A stretch of 61,466 nt of DNA, the filler included, from Sphacelaria rigidula (lineage: Eukaryota), in assembly GCA_964200075.2 (NCBI GenBank). It is 7 parts of 7 records of this genome, joined end to end, with 100 filler letters (N's around TTAATTAATTAA, not from the genome) between each part and the next. Parts side by side here need not be neighbours in the genome. Positions count along the whole stretch, not along the records: positions 8,797 to 17,491 come from CAXNAA020010351.1; positions 17,592 to 26,286 come from CAXNAA020010352.1; 5 more parts are not named here. One strand, 5' to 3'. The translations under genes and the position numbers were made by a program. Position 1 is the first letter of the stretch; each line of letters begins with the position of its first letter. The notes beneath the pieces are model-generated. The model saw nothing but the letters and a program-made list of their open reading frames with translations, made no database searches and was not told the DNA's origin. Shown here in pieces: positions 12,616 through 25,380 of this stretch.

Positions 12616-15600
12616 TTGCCTGGTTCCGTAGGTTCGTTCATGGCCCGCGTTATTCTGGATTCTGGGTCCGCGCTCACGTCGGTCGGTGTGGGGTTGCTGG
12701 AACAAATGTCTTCGCAGTTTGGCGGCGCTCAGCTGCAGCTTCCGTTCGAAAATGGACCGCAAACGGCGCAGACCGCCACGGGTACTCCCGTGACGGTCAC
12801 TCATAAAACGGTGCCGATTGCTGTTAGCATGAGTACGCCGTGGGGGGCTGTGGAGTTGCAGGCCATCACTTTCGCTGTAATGCCCGGCAGGGATGACGTG
12901 TTTTTGGGGGGGATGGCGACGATGAAGGAGCTCGGCATCGATTTGTATCCGCTGGCGTTGGAGAATTTACGCCCGCGTGTTGTGGCGGTGCAAAATGGCG
13001 TGGAAAATCCTAGCTATCTTGCTGCGAGGCGTGTCACCGTATCCATACGGTCGTCCCAGAGAGCCAATGTGGAGGAGCCTCCTGCGAATGCAGCGGTGGA
13101 GCGCTTGGTCGATCGGGGGCCCGAAATGCCCATGGACCCTGCGGAGGAGAGAGGTGCCGGAGAACGTGCTCTAGAGGATAGCGTGCAGCAGGCCGAGCAA
13201 AAGGGCCTGAGCGCCGATGGTGCATATCGTCTGAGTGATATTTTGGCTCGTCACGTGTATACTTTTCGTCGTGCGCCACGTGGTGATCCGCCAGCGCGCG
13301 TGGAGCCAATGAGGGTGCAGCTCAAGCCACAGGCGAAGGCTGTGAAGGTCAAGCCTCACCGTTGCGATCCGGTGAAGACCGGGTGGCTTGCTTCATGCAT
13401 CGCAGCTTTGGTAGCGTTCGGTTTGTTGGTCAGGAACGTTCAGGCTGTGTGGGCGAGTCCGGCGATGGCGGCGCCGAAGCGGGATATACCGTTTGGTCAG
13501 CGACTACCAGGCGGTGAACGCGCAGATGGAACAGTCTCTGGGGATGATGCCAAGCCAAGAAGACAAGCGGGAGTTGCTAGGAGTCCAATGCTTCGGCGAG
13601 TTGGACCTACTCCAGGGGTATTGTTGGCAGATGCCTCTGGCGCCGGAGGCTCAGGCGATCTTCACGATCGTCACGCCTGACGGTCTTTTTACGCCTACTC
13701 GTGTTCCGCCGGGCGTGTTGAACACCACGGCGTATTTCCAAGGTGTGCTGACTGAGATTTTGCGAGGTCTAAAGTGTAGAGTATGGGTGGATGGCATTGC
13801 CTATTTTGCTGAAACCGAAGAAGCATTGCTAGCTTTGCTTGACGAAATTCGTGGCCGCCTGGATAGTGTTGGTCTGTTCGTCGCTGCGCATAAGTGCATC
13901 CTTTTTGCCCGCGAAGTGGTTTGGTGTGGTGAGATGTACTCCAAGGGAACTGTTTCGCATGATCCCGTCCGCATCCAAGGTTTGAGCAATATGCGACGTC
14001 CTCAAACAGCTAGTGAGCTGATACAGTTTCTGCAGATGGTGAACTGGTTGCGGACTTCGCTCCCGCGCATGGCGGGAGTAGTGGCGCCGCTTCGTGTACT
14101 GTTTTAACAACTTAGGGTAGGGGCTTCGCGTCGAACCAAGCGGGTGCCGCGTAATCGTATCATCCCGGGGGAGGCTTGGGCGGAGAATCGTGTGCGGACA
14201 TGGTGTGCTGCGCAAGATTTGGTGAAACAAGCGGTGCCGCTTTATCGTTCTCGTCCAGGGTGTGTTGTTCTGATGTTTCCAGATGCTTCGGATTTCCACT
14301 GGGATAGTTTCTTAACGCAAGGGTCTGTCGCCGAGTTTAGTAGTGGCATTACGCTCGAAAACATGTCACACTAACCGTTGGCTTTTCTGGGTGGTAGCTT
14401 TAAGGGTTCACAGTTGCGGTGGGCGACAGTGGACAAAGAAGGTTTCGCGATAGTCAATACATTTCGAAGGCTAGAGTACTTGCTTTGGGTTCGTGTTCGC
14501 ATTTTCACCGATCATCGCAATCTGAAATAGTTTTTTTACCCCGAAGAGTGTGTCACATCGGTGACGAAGGCCACGGCGCAACGGCTTGTTAATTGGAAAG
14601 AAGTGCTCGGCCAATATCGGTATGAGATTGAACACATTCATGGAGAACGCAATTGTTGGGGAGCTTTGTTGTCTCGCTGGGTGAAGGTTCCTACCATGCC
14701 TCTTCGTTCTGTTGCCGTTTACACCCCGTGTGATGCCGATGATTCGCTGCCCTCGTTAGATGTCATTCGTACCGCTCAGCGCAAAACAGTCGGCGATGGT
14801 GCTCATTCTTTTCCTACGATTTTCGGTCAAGCTACTATGGCTGACGATGGTTTCTTTCGCGTGCGTTTTGGTAATAGTGATGTGTTGAGGGATGCTACGG
14901 TAGGGGTGTACAAATATTTTCTGAGGTTAGAATTGTTAGGAGCCCTCTATCTCATGCCAAACACGACTTATGGAATATGTGAGAGTTCGCCAGGACTACT
15001 ATTCCAATGTGCTAGGGATGTCCCGAATGAATTTGCAAATGGGGGTGCCCTGATCCGTATTCTTGTGAATCTAGAATCTTCAGGAGCCCCTGAACCAGAC
15101 AAGATTTCGCGCAAAAAGTGCAACCCTATCGCAGCATTGCTCCGTCATGGATTCCGTCAGATGATGAGGCTCTACAAACTCGCTTGATGGTGTGCTCTCA
15201 CATGCGGTCGGCTCGTCACCGTGGTGTGGCGCCGACTCTGTTCCGTTTGAAAGAATACCGTGTGTGGCCTCACATGGATTTCCACGTTCACGAGTGCGTT
15301 CGCCAGTGTTTGCATTGTGTAGGCACTCGTGCTGGTGCGATTGTACCTCGTCCGTATGGCGATACTGTGCATGGCACTGCTCCAGGTGAAGTTGTGCACT
15401 TTGATTTTCTGTACGTCGGAAGTAGCGGACCTGGAGGTGCTAATGGTTTGCCTGATGAGGTTGGTTTTCGGTACGTTTTGGTAATCATGGGTGATTTATC
15501 CGATTTCATTTTATTGGAGCCAATCGAGGCTTGCACCGCTTAGGTTACGGCTCAGCACTTGCTCCATTGGTGCAAGACTTCAGGGGTGCCGCGTGTGTGG

Positions 15601-16540
15601 GTTAGTAATACCGCCACGCACTCCAAGAATCGAGCGATCGCACAGCTGAGCGACGCGCTCAAGGTGTAAAACCAATTTGCTGTTGCGTATACCCCTTGGT
15701 CGAATGGTCCTCGTGAGCGCATGGTGAAAGAGTTTGTTCGTGCGTTGCGGTCCATTTCGTCAGAACAAGGACGGCCGGCGTCAGAATGGGTTGATGTTTT
15801 GCCAGCCGCTCAGGGGGCGTTGAATACTTATTTTCGTGAACGCCACTGTAACACTTAGCATTGTGTAATTTTTGGGTGTGCGCCGCGTGCAGCGTTTTCC
15901 GCGCTGGCTTCTGTCACTGGCGGCGAGTGGAACATCGATGTCATGGATGCTGATACGTTGCGTGACAGGGTTCGAGGCGTGGTCGACGAGCAAGTGCAGT
16001 TTTGTAACGAAGTGTAAGCTGCTGTCGCGGTGTCTCGCGAAGCCAAACGCAAGCCTGCTCAGGGCCAGGCTGTGTTACCCAACTTTCCCGTTGGAGATTT
16101 CGTTTTGTATGCCCGTGTTCGTAGGCAAGGTGTGACGCCAAAGTTGATGTCCACATGGACAGGTCCGTCGCGAGTGGTCGGAGCCGATCACGCTCAAGTG
16201 TATTCGGTGCAAAATATTGTTTCTGGCGCCGTACACTCGGCCCATGTCGCTTGTTTGCGTTTCTATACTGACTTGCAGTTGCACATCACTGCGGGACCAA
16301 AAAATGTATTTCAGCATTCGTATGCTCAAGGTGAATGTCGGATGATTGCTTTGGTGCACGTCGCTGAGGATGATAATGCTGACGTCATCGTTTGGTCGAT
16401 CGGGATGGGTTCGGTGCCGAAGAACGCGCGCGGGAATCTCTTCGCAAGATTCATTCTTCTGCGCCTGAATTTGTTTCGAAGGAACTGCGTGAACTGCGGT
16501 TGACTCGGGCGCTGACAAGTAAATTAGCGTCGAAGTATGG
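12616..16540 (+). pseudogene. Gypsy pol remnant (PR, RT, RNase H, integrase, chromodomain)
   Basis: PR VILDSGS. RT DLLQGY.WQ, TPTRVP.G, VWVDG. RH FPDAS, VDKEGFAI, TDHRNL. INT H...HRG...CLHC, HFDFL, GDFVL/PKL...WTGP. Chromo-like VxxxGFGAEERA(W>R)ESLxxIxxxAP. Confidence 0.92.
14887..15142 (+). mobile_element. Sola2-like MITE, copy 2, between Gypsy RNase H and integrase
   Basis: GAG...CTC termini, homologous to 1761-2018. Degenerate TSD tgtt/cgtc. Removal restores DVLWIP. Confidence 0.9.
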
Positions 16541-16631
16541 TATTTCTTTGTGTTTCGGCGCATGCGATTTCGCCTTGGTTTTTGTTGGTCGTCAAGCTCG
16601 TTCGTTTGTCTTAAACTCGCTTTGATGGTGC

Positions 16632-17148
16632 TGCAGCCACATGATACCAAGGAGTGATGCTACGGTAGGGGTGCACAAACATTTTCTGAGGTTAGAATTG
16701 TTTGGAGCCCTTGATCTCATGCAAAACACCACTTCTTATGAAAATATATAAAAGTACGACAGGATTACTACTCCATTGTGCTGGGGATATCCCGAATGAA
16801 TTTGCAAACAGGGATGCCCTGACCCATTTTCTTATGCATCTAGAATCGTTAGGAGCCCCTGAACTAGATAACATTTCGCGAAAAAGTGTACCCCTACCGT
16901 AGCACTGCTCCAAGCCGTGAGGTTCCACTATAATCGCATGCATGATTGGAGTAGAGGCAGGGGACAGGGGATCCTGGATTGATGGCCCCTTTCTGTGTGG
17001 CCTCTTGCTGTCTGGCTCGTGATCTGTTGAGGATCACTCCGTGATAATAACAAGCTAGAAGAAAGGACTTATCGAGCACGATGCCAGTGGTACTGGAGGA
17101 GTCCCTGGCTGAGAGTCCTCTTACCTAGACCGTCTGGCAGAGGCTATA
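16632..17148 (+). repeat. 3' LTR of Gypsy element, with MITE insertion
   Basis: tgcagcc...ggctata, followed by TSD cact. Confidence 0.92.
16652..16910 (+). mobile_element. Sola2-like MITE, copy 3, in the 3' LTR
   Basis: Perfect TSD caag/caag. The 5' LTR shows the empty site (gccaag|ccgtgagg). Confidence 0.95.
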
Positions 17149-17266
17149 CACTTGAATTTCCGTGATTTCAGACTGAACACCTATATTCGAACCTTTAGTG
17201 CGGCCGACAGTCCCAAATACTCCCAGCTCGTCCAGAACGTGTTTTCGTCCATATGGGTAAGGTCCA

Positions 17267-17491
17267 CAGGCACCGTAGGTAAGGTAGGTACCCGGTATCG
17301 GTATTTGGGACATTTCATACCCTACCGATACCGACCCAATCCGGTATTTTGAAATATCATACCTACGATACCTGCGATACCAGGGTATTTTGAAATTCCA
17401 ATAATACCTACCCTACCCGCCCAATCCGGTATTTTGAAATCTCATACCTACGATACCTATCGTATCAGGGTATTTTGAAATTTTCGGTCCT
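17267..17491 (+). repeat. Subterminal-type repeat block, possible hAT-like end cut by contig end
   Basis: Starts CAGGC. Reiterated ggtattttgaaat and tacctacgatacc motifs, ~84-bp duplication. Confidence 0.5.
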
Positions 17492-17591
17492 NNNNNNNNN
17501 NNNNNNNNNNNNNNNNNNNNNNNNNNNNNNNNNNNTTAATTAATTAANNNNNNNNNNNNNNNNNNNNNNNNNNNNNNNNNNNNNNNNNNNN
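17492..17591. other. Artificial contig spacer
   Basis: 44N-TTAATTAATTAA-44N. Confidence 0.99.
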
Positions 17592-20536
17592 TGCAGACGC
17601 CAGACACGTCATTCCTGACCAGCCTCATTGGTCGTTCTGGAGGCCCGGTCCCAAAAGGGTTAATACCGAGCGTACCCGCGGCGCCCGCACTGCCACCATC
17701 GGCGGTGGTAAGTACATCAACGTTGGCATGCGATGGTGCGATCAACAATCTACTTCCTACTTCAGTAAGAGGGCACGCATACAGAATTAACCCTGCTTCC
17801 CACTGACCACTCGTCACTACATCCGGAAAAATTAGCGGAGTGCGATCTTCCACCACCTGAGGTTCTTCCCCCGTGTACGCATGTACGGCCGAGACCGAAG
17901 TTGGGTCTACACAACCCGGATCATCCCCAGGAGCGTTCGAGCGCAGCCCATACAGACTAGAATTATGCGGCTCATGGCTCATTGGGCGAAGCCCATCCAA
18001 GATTAAACCATGACGTCGAGAGAATATTTTAGGCTGTACGCCACTTGCGGCGATAAAGTATACGTCCGCATCGTCCGGATTTGTGATGATATATTTACCC
18101 GAAACATCTTCCTCACAACGTTTAGTCGGCAGTCTGGATAACATGTCCGCGTTAGCGTTTACCAGGCCAGGCTTGTAGCAGAGTGTGGACGAGTAAGCGC
18201 TCAAAACATCTTGCCGCCGCTGAACCCGTAGTATCGTTTCTGCCAGACTTGAGAAGTTGCGGAGCGGTTGATGGTTGCTGTAAACTTCAAAAGGCACGCC
18301 GTAAAACAAAAATGTGTTCTTTTTCACCGACCACACAACCGCGCCCATCTCGAGCTCTGTCGCAGTCCAGTTTTTTTCGTTGGGCAGAGTGGAACGACTC
18401 AAAAAGCATAACGGGCGGACGGTGCCGTCTTTCTGCCGCTGTTCCACCGCTCCCCCCAAACCATCGACAGACGCGTCCACAATCACCATGAAAGGTCGCC
18501 CCCCCGTGGACGCTTCCTCGCAGTCTGGGAACGCCAGCACTTCCGGGCTCGACAATTTGGACAAATAAGATCGCACGACCGCGGTGTGTTCTTCCATGAA
18601 AGTAAAATCCGCGCCCTATCATTCAAAGGCCCCGTTGAGGCCGCTATTTATGGCAAAACCTTACGGTAATACCTGAGCCCACCCAGCAGGGATCGTAGCT
18701 GCGGTATATTAGTTGGTGTACGCATCTTTTCCAGAGCCGCAACCTTGTCTGGACCAGGGGCTATTCCCTCCGCCGAAATACGGTGTCCTAAAAACTTGGT
18801 TTCCTTGGCGCCCAAATGCGCCTTCTTGGGAGCCCGTTTGAGGTTGAACTTGGTTATTCTCTCAAAGAACCGCTCCAAATCTCGCACATGTTCCTCGCCG
18901 CTATTACTGAAAGTGCAAATATCATCAATGTACAGGCGGCACCTTTCCAAACCCTCACACACACGAGCCATGATGGATTGGAACCGACCCGGGCTACCGC
19001 CACATCCCATGGGCGTGACTAACCACTCATACAATCCAGACTGGGTACAAACGGCGGTCAGGGGTATTGTGTCTGGGTGGAGGGAAATGTTGAAATAACC
19101 CGACAAGATGTCTAGACACGTGAAAATGTTTGCTCCCCCCAGCTCCCCCAACAGCCCGTCGATCGTTGGGATAGGTAGGACTGGCTTGACAGTCGCGTCG
19201 TTCAACTTGTTGTAGTTGCAGGTCAAACGTATCCCACCGCCCTTTTTGCTCACAACTACCAACGGACTACTCCAATTAGAATAGGACTTTCGAATGAGCC
19301 CAGCGGCGAGCATGCGATCCAACTCGATCTGAACTTTGTTATGCAAAGCCAGGTTATGGCGATAAGGTCGCTGCTTGACCGGCCGACTTCCAGGTTTCAA
19401 ATCGATTCGAAAGGGATCGACAGTACAATATCCAATGTATATCTTGTCCTTGGAGAAACGGTGAGAGTATTTGCACAACACATTGGCCAAGTTATCGACA
19501 TTCCTCTACCGTCCAATACTTGCCTTCGAGATGAAAATGAACGTTGCGACGATGGATGGGTATGTGTTTCCACAAACGCCTGAACGCGACTTTCTGTACG
19601 TGATTTAGACCGGACATCATGGAGTCCGGTGCCTCCGATGTCTCTTCCAAAACAGAAAACACGTCTGTCTCGGGTAGAATGTCAACTTTCGATATCTCCG
19701 CGTGTTCCAACTTGCTTTTCTCGAGAGGGGCGCCGGCTGATCCCATGATTATTCCCGGCTCCACCACCACGTCCTCTGCGCAAAAAGATTTCGAAGTGAT
19801 CTCTGATTCACCGGCATCAACAATCATCTCAGTTGGAGATCAACCATTACCGAATCTTACATAATAACTGCCCCGTTCAGTCTTTGTCCCGTCTTTGTTA
19901 GTGAGTATGACGGAAACCCAATCCAGTTCTTTAGAATTGTTTTGCACCCGCTCGCCATTTAAACGAACAATAACTCCTTCACCTGCATCGAATTCTCGTT
20001 CAATGAGCCCGATCGCTTTATTCACGCAGTCTTCGTATTGGCTTATTTTTGTCGCAATTTTTAGACTCATAATAGTTTCGTCTCGATTGATATCAGTGAA
20101 TTTACGTAGGGGAAATTGGGATCAACTGTCTCTTCCCATCAGGAGATCATACGTCATTTTGCCGTCAGGCACAAAATTCGCAAACACAGCTAGGCGTGGT
20201 GAATTGTCGCGCTGGACACAGCCATTTACTTTGGATGAGTCCTCCAAAAGAATATTCAGTCTAACCTGCGAGGATGTGGTCAGTGGTACCCCATTAAAAC
20301 CTCCCCACGAGATATGATCAGCTTCTCTTGTCTACCGTGGCAGCCTCGCGTGAAAGCATGTTTTCCCACACGGCACGAGTGACAAACGTGGCTGGGCTAC
20401 CACGGTCTTTGAGAACATTGCAGGCCCGTTTTTGTGTGGCCTTAGAACCCGAATACACGGAAGCTGTGGCTGTATTATTCCTACGATGCAGGCGCACTTT
20501 CCCTGCCACTGCTCTGTCTATTGTGGGCAAATACAT
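17592..20536 (-). pseudogene. Second Ty3/Gypsy pol remnant (PR, RT, RNase H; integrase beyond contig end)
   Basis: PR-like VLKDRGSPATFV (20318-20536). RT 18648-19490 (PVKQRPYR, WSSPLVVV, LYIDDI, KFLGH). RH 17592-18597 (VDAS, TATELE, YKPG..N.NADMLSR). Confidence 0.93.
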
Positions 20537-21450
20537 CCCATTCTTACCTCTCGCGACCGAGCAGGTTACCGGCGCAGGCGAGAGTACGGGTGTAGACTTG
20601 TGTTTTTTGTGCGGTGGCCAGATGTGGGATCCAGGACATAGATATGTTGTTCGCCCTGACCGTACCGCAATTGATTGAACGTTCTGCAGGGTGTCGGAGG
20701 GACAGAGGGTATGACATTTTCATGTGAGCCCTTTCGCAGAGTACTTGACAGATGGGGGGTAGTGTTAGGTGCATTAACAGTTACTCCAACATTATTTCCG
20801 TACGTGCAATCCTCGCTGTCCAGTTCTCTTACTGGTTGTCGCGCTCTGTCGCCTGTATTGTGAGATACTTCTCCAAATACGCGACGAGTTTCAGTTGGTT
20901 TGCGCGGGACTCCGGCCTCACGAACCGGTTTGTTTGGGACAACGGCCGAACAAACGCGTGGGTGATAACAGTCATTTAGTTGAATATTCGGTCCAATGGT
21001 CGAATCATTATTTGTTGATTCACAACGTGACCTCGTTATCCTACGATCGTGGGTAGCTCTTGCATTGGGATCCTATTCGGAGTGTGAAGCCCACTTCACA
21101 ACGGGCCTATCCTGCGCCCTAGGGGCAGTGGTCCTGGTATTACGTGTATACCGACCACTCGTCTGCACTTTCGACTTCCCACAACTAGGGTCATTACTTG
21201 AAACTGAAAGAACAAATCGGGGAGCTACCCTTCATTTTATCCTCGTTCCGGTGACCAAAGGACACTACAGCATCATTCAAAACGTCTGATCATGGGGCCT
21301 CTGGTAAAAGCAGCGAACTACACCCCGACTTGTCCAAACACGGTGTGGAGTGATCATTTCCACGAGGGGATGGTGACATCAAGGATCGCTCAGTACTTAC
21401 TTACATCACATACACTAGATGAATCGCACCTCACCTCTAAACCAGAACCT

Positions 21451-22322
21451 GATTGATTGATTGATTGATTGTCGCACTTTAACTAACCTCCCCAGGGTCT
21501 AGCCGTGGTCTCATGATAGACGTACCCAAGAAAAACGAAACTCAAACATGCTCCAAGGAAAAGAAAAAGAGGAACATATAATGAAAAAAATATGAACATA
21601 AAATAAAAAAAGAGAGTGGTCGAACAGAACGACATATCAGACTAAGTCGTGACAAAAAAAGTAATAAAAAGTCAACACAAGCAAAACACAGGAAGAAATG
21701 GCCGACCTAATGCAAGAAAAAGGAAAAAAAGAGGAAAGTACAAAGCAAATGAAATAAAGTAAAATAAAGAACAATGAAACGATGGGGGAAAAAGAAAAAG
21801 AAAAGAAAAGATAAGAAAAGAAAAGAAAGAAGAAGAAAAAGAAAAGGGCCTAAGAGATTCATGGCAGCAGAGTAGGTACAGACACACACCAGGGGGCACC
21901 GCGGAGCCACCGACTAAGGACATAATCAACAACCGATATGAGAGGACAGGATTTTCCGACTGGCAGCCCTCGACGTCGCAGCCTCTCGCTTGTGACGTCG
22001 GTCTGATTCTCGCTTGTCCGCCCATCGCCACGTGTCCTCAAACTCTTGCGCCCCCTTTTCGACTCCAATATGCAATTTGCCCAGGTCCTTCGCCGCAGTG
22101 ACCCAATTGTATGCATCGTTGACCTCTACACCGTAGACGAACCACTTTCGTCGGGCTCCTTTGTGCGGGACAGCCCCTGGCGCACGTAGGTTCTGCTTTA
22201 GGGTATCCTCCCATTGCTTGGGGGGGCGGCCGATCTCCTTGGGTCCTCGTGTGGAAAGCCGACCGTTCATGACACGCTTGGGGAGGCGTGTGTCCATCTG
22301 CCGGACAAGGTCTGTCACGTGC
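21451..22322 (-). mobile_element. 5'-truncated RTE-clade LINE inserted in the second Gypsy
   Basis: C-terminal RTE signature RxMxxRLPKRVMxGxL...GRPPKQWEDTLK. Pyrimidine-rich 3' UTR and (CAAT)n tail at 21451-21471. Imperfect TSD aaaccagaacct / aaaacagaact. Confidence 0.88.
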
Positions 22323-22339
22323 AAAACAGAACTGGTTGC

Positions 22340-25300
22340 ACAAGTGCCTGGACTACTCGCACCTTTTACCGTCAAAAGCTTCTCTCTACTACGGGTTCTT
22401 GATTTCCGAACCTCTTTGTCTCAACATTAGAACGTGGCACAGCGCTTGAAACACGCACAACGGAACTCTCACCAACAGGCTTATGTGCCACCGATTGCCA
22501 GCCATGGTCACACCGTCGCACCGTCAGCTCCGCTGGCTGCGCTCCTAAAAGTACGCACGCAACCTTTGCTTCCACCTGCGCCACCGTGCCGCTACTTCCT
22601 CCTCCGAACCATCCCTGATGGCATGATGAATAAGCCCTGACTTATCCAGAAGCGGCTCCGGACAATCACGAGCCAAGGGTTGCTCGCTACCCCCACAGTT
22701 CAAACAGTGAGGACCGAACGCTTTCCGCTTATCTATTATTTCATCGTTACTGCCAAGCGGTTCGGAGAAGGGGGGGGTAATTAAACGGTCCAAACTTACG
22801 CTTATGGCGCTTCCTTTCGCCGATTGCATATACGTAACAGCACTCGTCATCCTCCTCTTGATAGTCTTTACTCTCGCCGACCATCATCATTCGGTTGTAC
22901 TGTTGTCCATACCCCGTGCCAGTGCGAGTTTTTGCACTGTTGAAGTGTCCTGCGTACGTCGAGGCTCCAAATTTAGGCTCAACAGCATCCAACTGATTGG
23001 TTTCGTACAAGCATAACGACGACAACGTGTGGTCCATGTCATCAAACGGTGAGGGGCTGTCGTTACGGTAGGCGAACAAAACTGCAATAATGCCGTGAAA
23101 TTGATCGTCAACAATGGTTTTGACGGCAGCTTGAATAGCCGGATCGCCCGGTGAGGCATACCGCCTGATACTGCGTATATTTGAAAGAAGCAATTTAATT
23201 CTAGACAGGAATATCGCAAACGAAGTGCCAGCGGGTACCGTAAACTGTGTTAACATGCTCATTACGCCCTCTGGGGTGACTTTACTGAGCACTCGGCTCA
23301 TCAATACGAGCAGGTGGTCAAGAGCCCCCAGCTCGGTTTTACCCCTCTCCTCCTGCAACCGGATTGCTTGCTCGGTTGCGTCGTTTATGTGGGCGCGTAA
23401 CGCCACGGCTTCCTCAGAACCAGAGCGGATGACACGCAACAAGTATCGTTGCAAGCGTTTCTCCCACCCACGCGTCCAATGAACGGCGTCAGGATCACCG
23501 GCAATGACACGGATACTTTCCATGGCATCCTTCATAGCTTTGAAAAAAGCCACTAGTTCACCAATATCCTGGTTTTGCGCAAGGGGAAGAGATGACAACT
23601 TAGGCAACAGTTTAATGTTGAGTTTCGCGTACTCCTTCACGACTACCGGGTTCTAACACGCACGCGGAGACTGAGCCACCGTGTGACCCACAACCGGGCA
23701 ACCGGGAAATCATCACCTACATGATCAGGGTCCAATTTGTCGAACTGTTCGTCGCCATACCTGCCATGCTGATTGGCCGTGCGACCCCGACCCCCACCAC
23801 GTCCACCACGTCCACCTCCCCCTACGCCGCCACCGCCAGCACCGCCATTGTGGTGCACCGGACCGTAAGAGGAAAGACCGGCCTCCTTCCGGATCCGTTG
23901 GTCCGGACCCCCAGAAGCGTCGACCTGCGCCAGGCGATGCGCCAGAACTCCCTGACCAAGGGGGACCAGATGGATCTGGTTGGAGATCCACTTCTCCAGG
24001 TCCCAACCGTCCGCGCACGAATCCGCACACAGGCGGTAGTCCACGAGCCACTCAGACAGGAACACCCCCATCGGAAACGCACGCAACATATCATCGTACG
24101 CCGCCGGGCTGTAACCGGGGTCGCCCGCGCGAGCGGGGGAGCCGACCAACCCGGGGTGCTGATGGGCCGAGACCGGCCGCATCGACACAGATACCCCCGC
24201 AGTAGGAGGGGGCGTGCATGGAGTAGGATGAGCATTCCCGACCGCTTGGGCTTGGTGCTGCGAAGGGGCTTCACTGACCGTACGGGCTTCATACTGAGCA
24301 GGAGCCTCACCGACCGCTTGGGCTTGGTGCTGAGCCCACGCCCTTGGCGACAGAGGCTTGGCGTGGATGTCGGCGGTCACCCCATGGAGAGTGGTAGCAG
24401 ACTCTCTTGCGAGCCTCAACGACTATTTTTTCCTTTCCTACGAGAGACGCTCGCAGGCGAGCCACCGACGCTTTCGCCGTTGCCAGTGCAGCACGGGCCT
24501 CATCCCATTCGCGTTTTGCTGTCGGAAATTGGTCACTACCGTCCGCCAGGTAGCGACGGGCTTCCTGAAGGGAAGAATGGTGGATCGACGGTGGCACAGG
24601 CGGTATCGTGGACGGCTCGGGACCGTCATCAATCACATCATCGGCCACTTCGCTAAATGGGCCATAATCAGGAACCGCGGGGATCACGGGCTCGGCACGG
24701 CTACTTACGGACTTCCTCGAGTTTCGTACACCCTTCCCGGCCTGAGCATACGTTCTGTCAGGCAGCGGGGGTGCATGAGAAGGGGCACGAAAACCACGCG
24801 AGTGCCGCGACGGCAAAACGTCACCGCAACTCAACTCAATCGTGGATTCGTCTAAAGAACGGCCCAACAGTTCATCCGACTCGAGAGTGGCAGCGATTAA
24901 CGTAGCTTGATGCCGTTCTTCGTCAAACAGCATAAGCGCAATTATTTCATCGGACAACGCGCTATTTATCGCCGACCGCGGTACTCCCGAGCTACGTGAC
25001 TGACTACAGCGAGTGGGGGAAGGGTTAGACGTCGTGGAGAGGGGGTGCGAGATAGGGAAATATTCTCCACCCGGCCCGACGGCCGTAGTCACTGCACGTT
25101 GGGCGTGGGGATCCACCCCGGTGATTCTACACCGATCAACGTACGATAAATGACCCATGAGCTGCCGCACATGCTCTACCATGTCAAAACTCACCGCCTT
25201 GTCCGCGTCGAGTCCAGGCAGCGCCTGCAGGGAAGGAGAGGGCCCACCCTCAGCCACTGGCCCCTCGGCCATGCGCGGAACCGCTACCACATCCTCCGCG

Positions 25301-25380
25301 CGAGGTTTCCTCGACAGAGTAGAGTCAGTTACATCTGTAACGGAGGGCGCATAAGGCATTCGTACGGGGCCCACATACAA
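22340..25380 (-). pseudogene. Long gag-like region of the second Gypsy
   Basis: Consecutive minus-strand ORFs 24307-25380, 23643-24419, 22747-23640 and 22545-22850, separated by single stops or frameshifts. Knuckle CLNCGGSE(H>Q)PLARDC, RGG tract, same strand and upstream of pol. Confidence 0.7.

Larger units (their letters stand above)
10887..17148 (+). mobile_element. Full-length Ty3/Gypsy LTR retrotransposon with chromodomain, decayed
   Basis: LTRs 10887-11140 and 16632-17148 (the latter carries a MITE). TSD cact (10883-10886) / cact (17149-17152). Order gag-PR-RT-RH-INT-chromo. Confidence 0.96.

Noticed and set aside
23721-24656. 311-aa plus-strand ORF
   Set aside because: Antisense shadow of the GC-rich gag-like frame, with no independent motifs.
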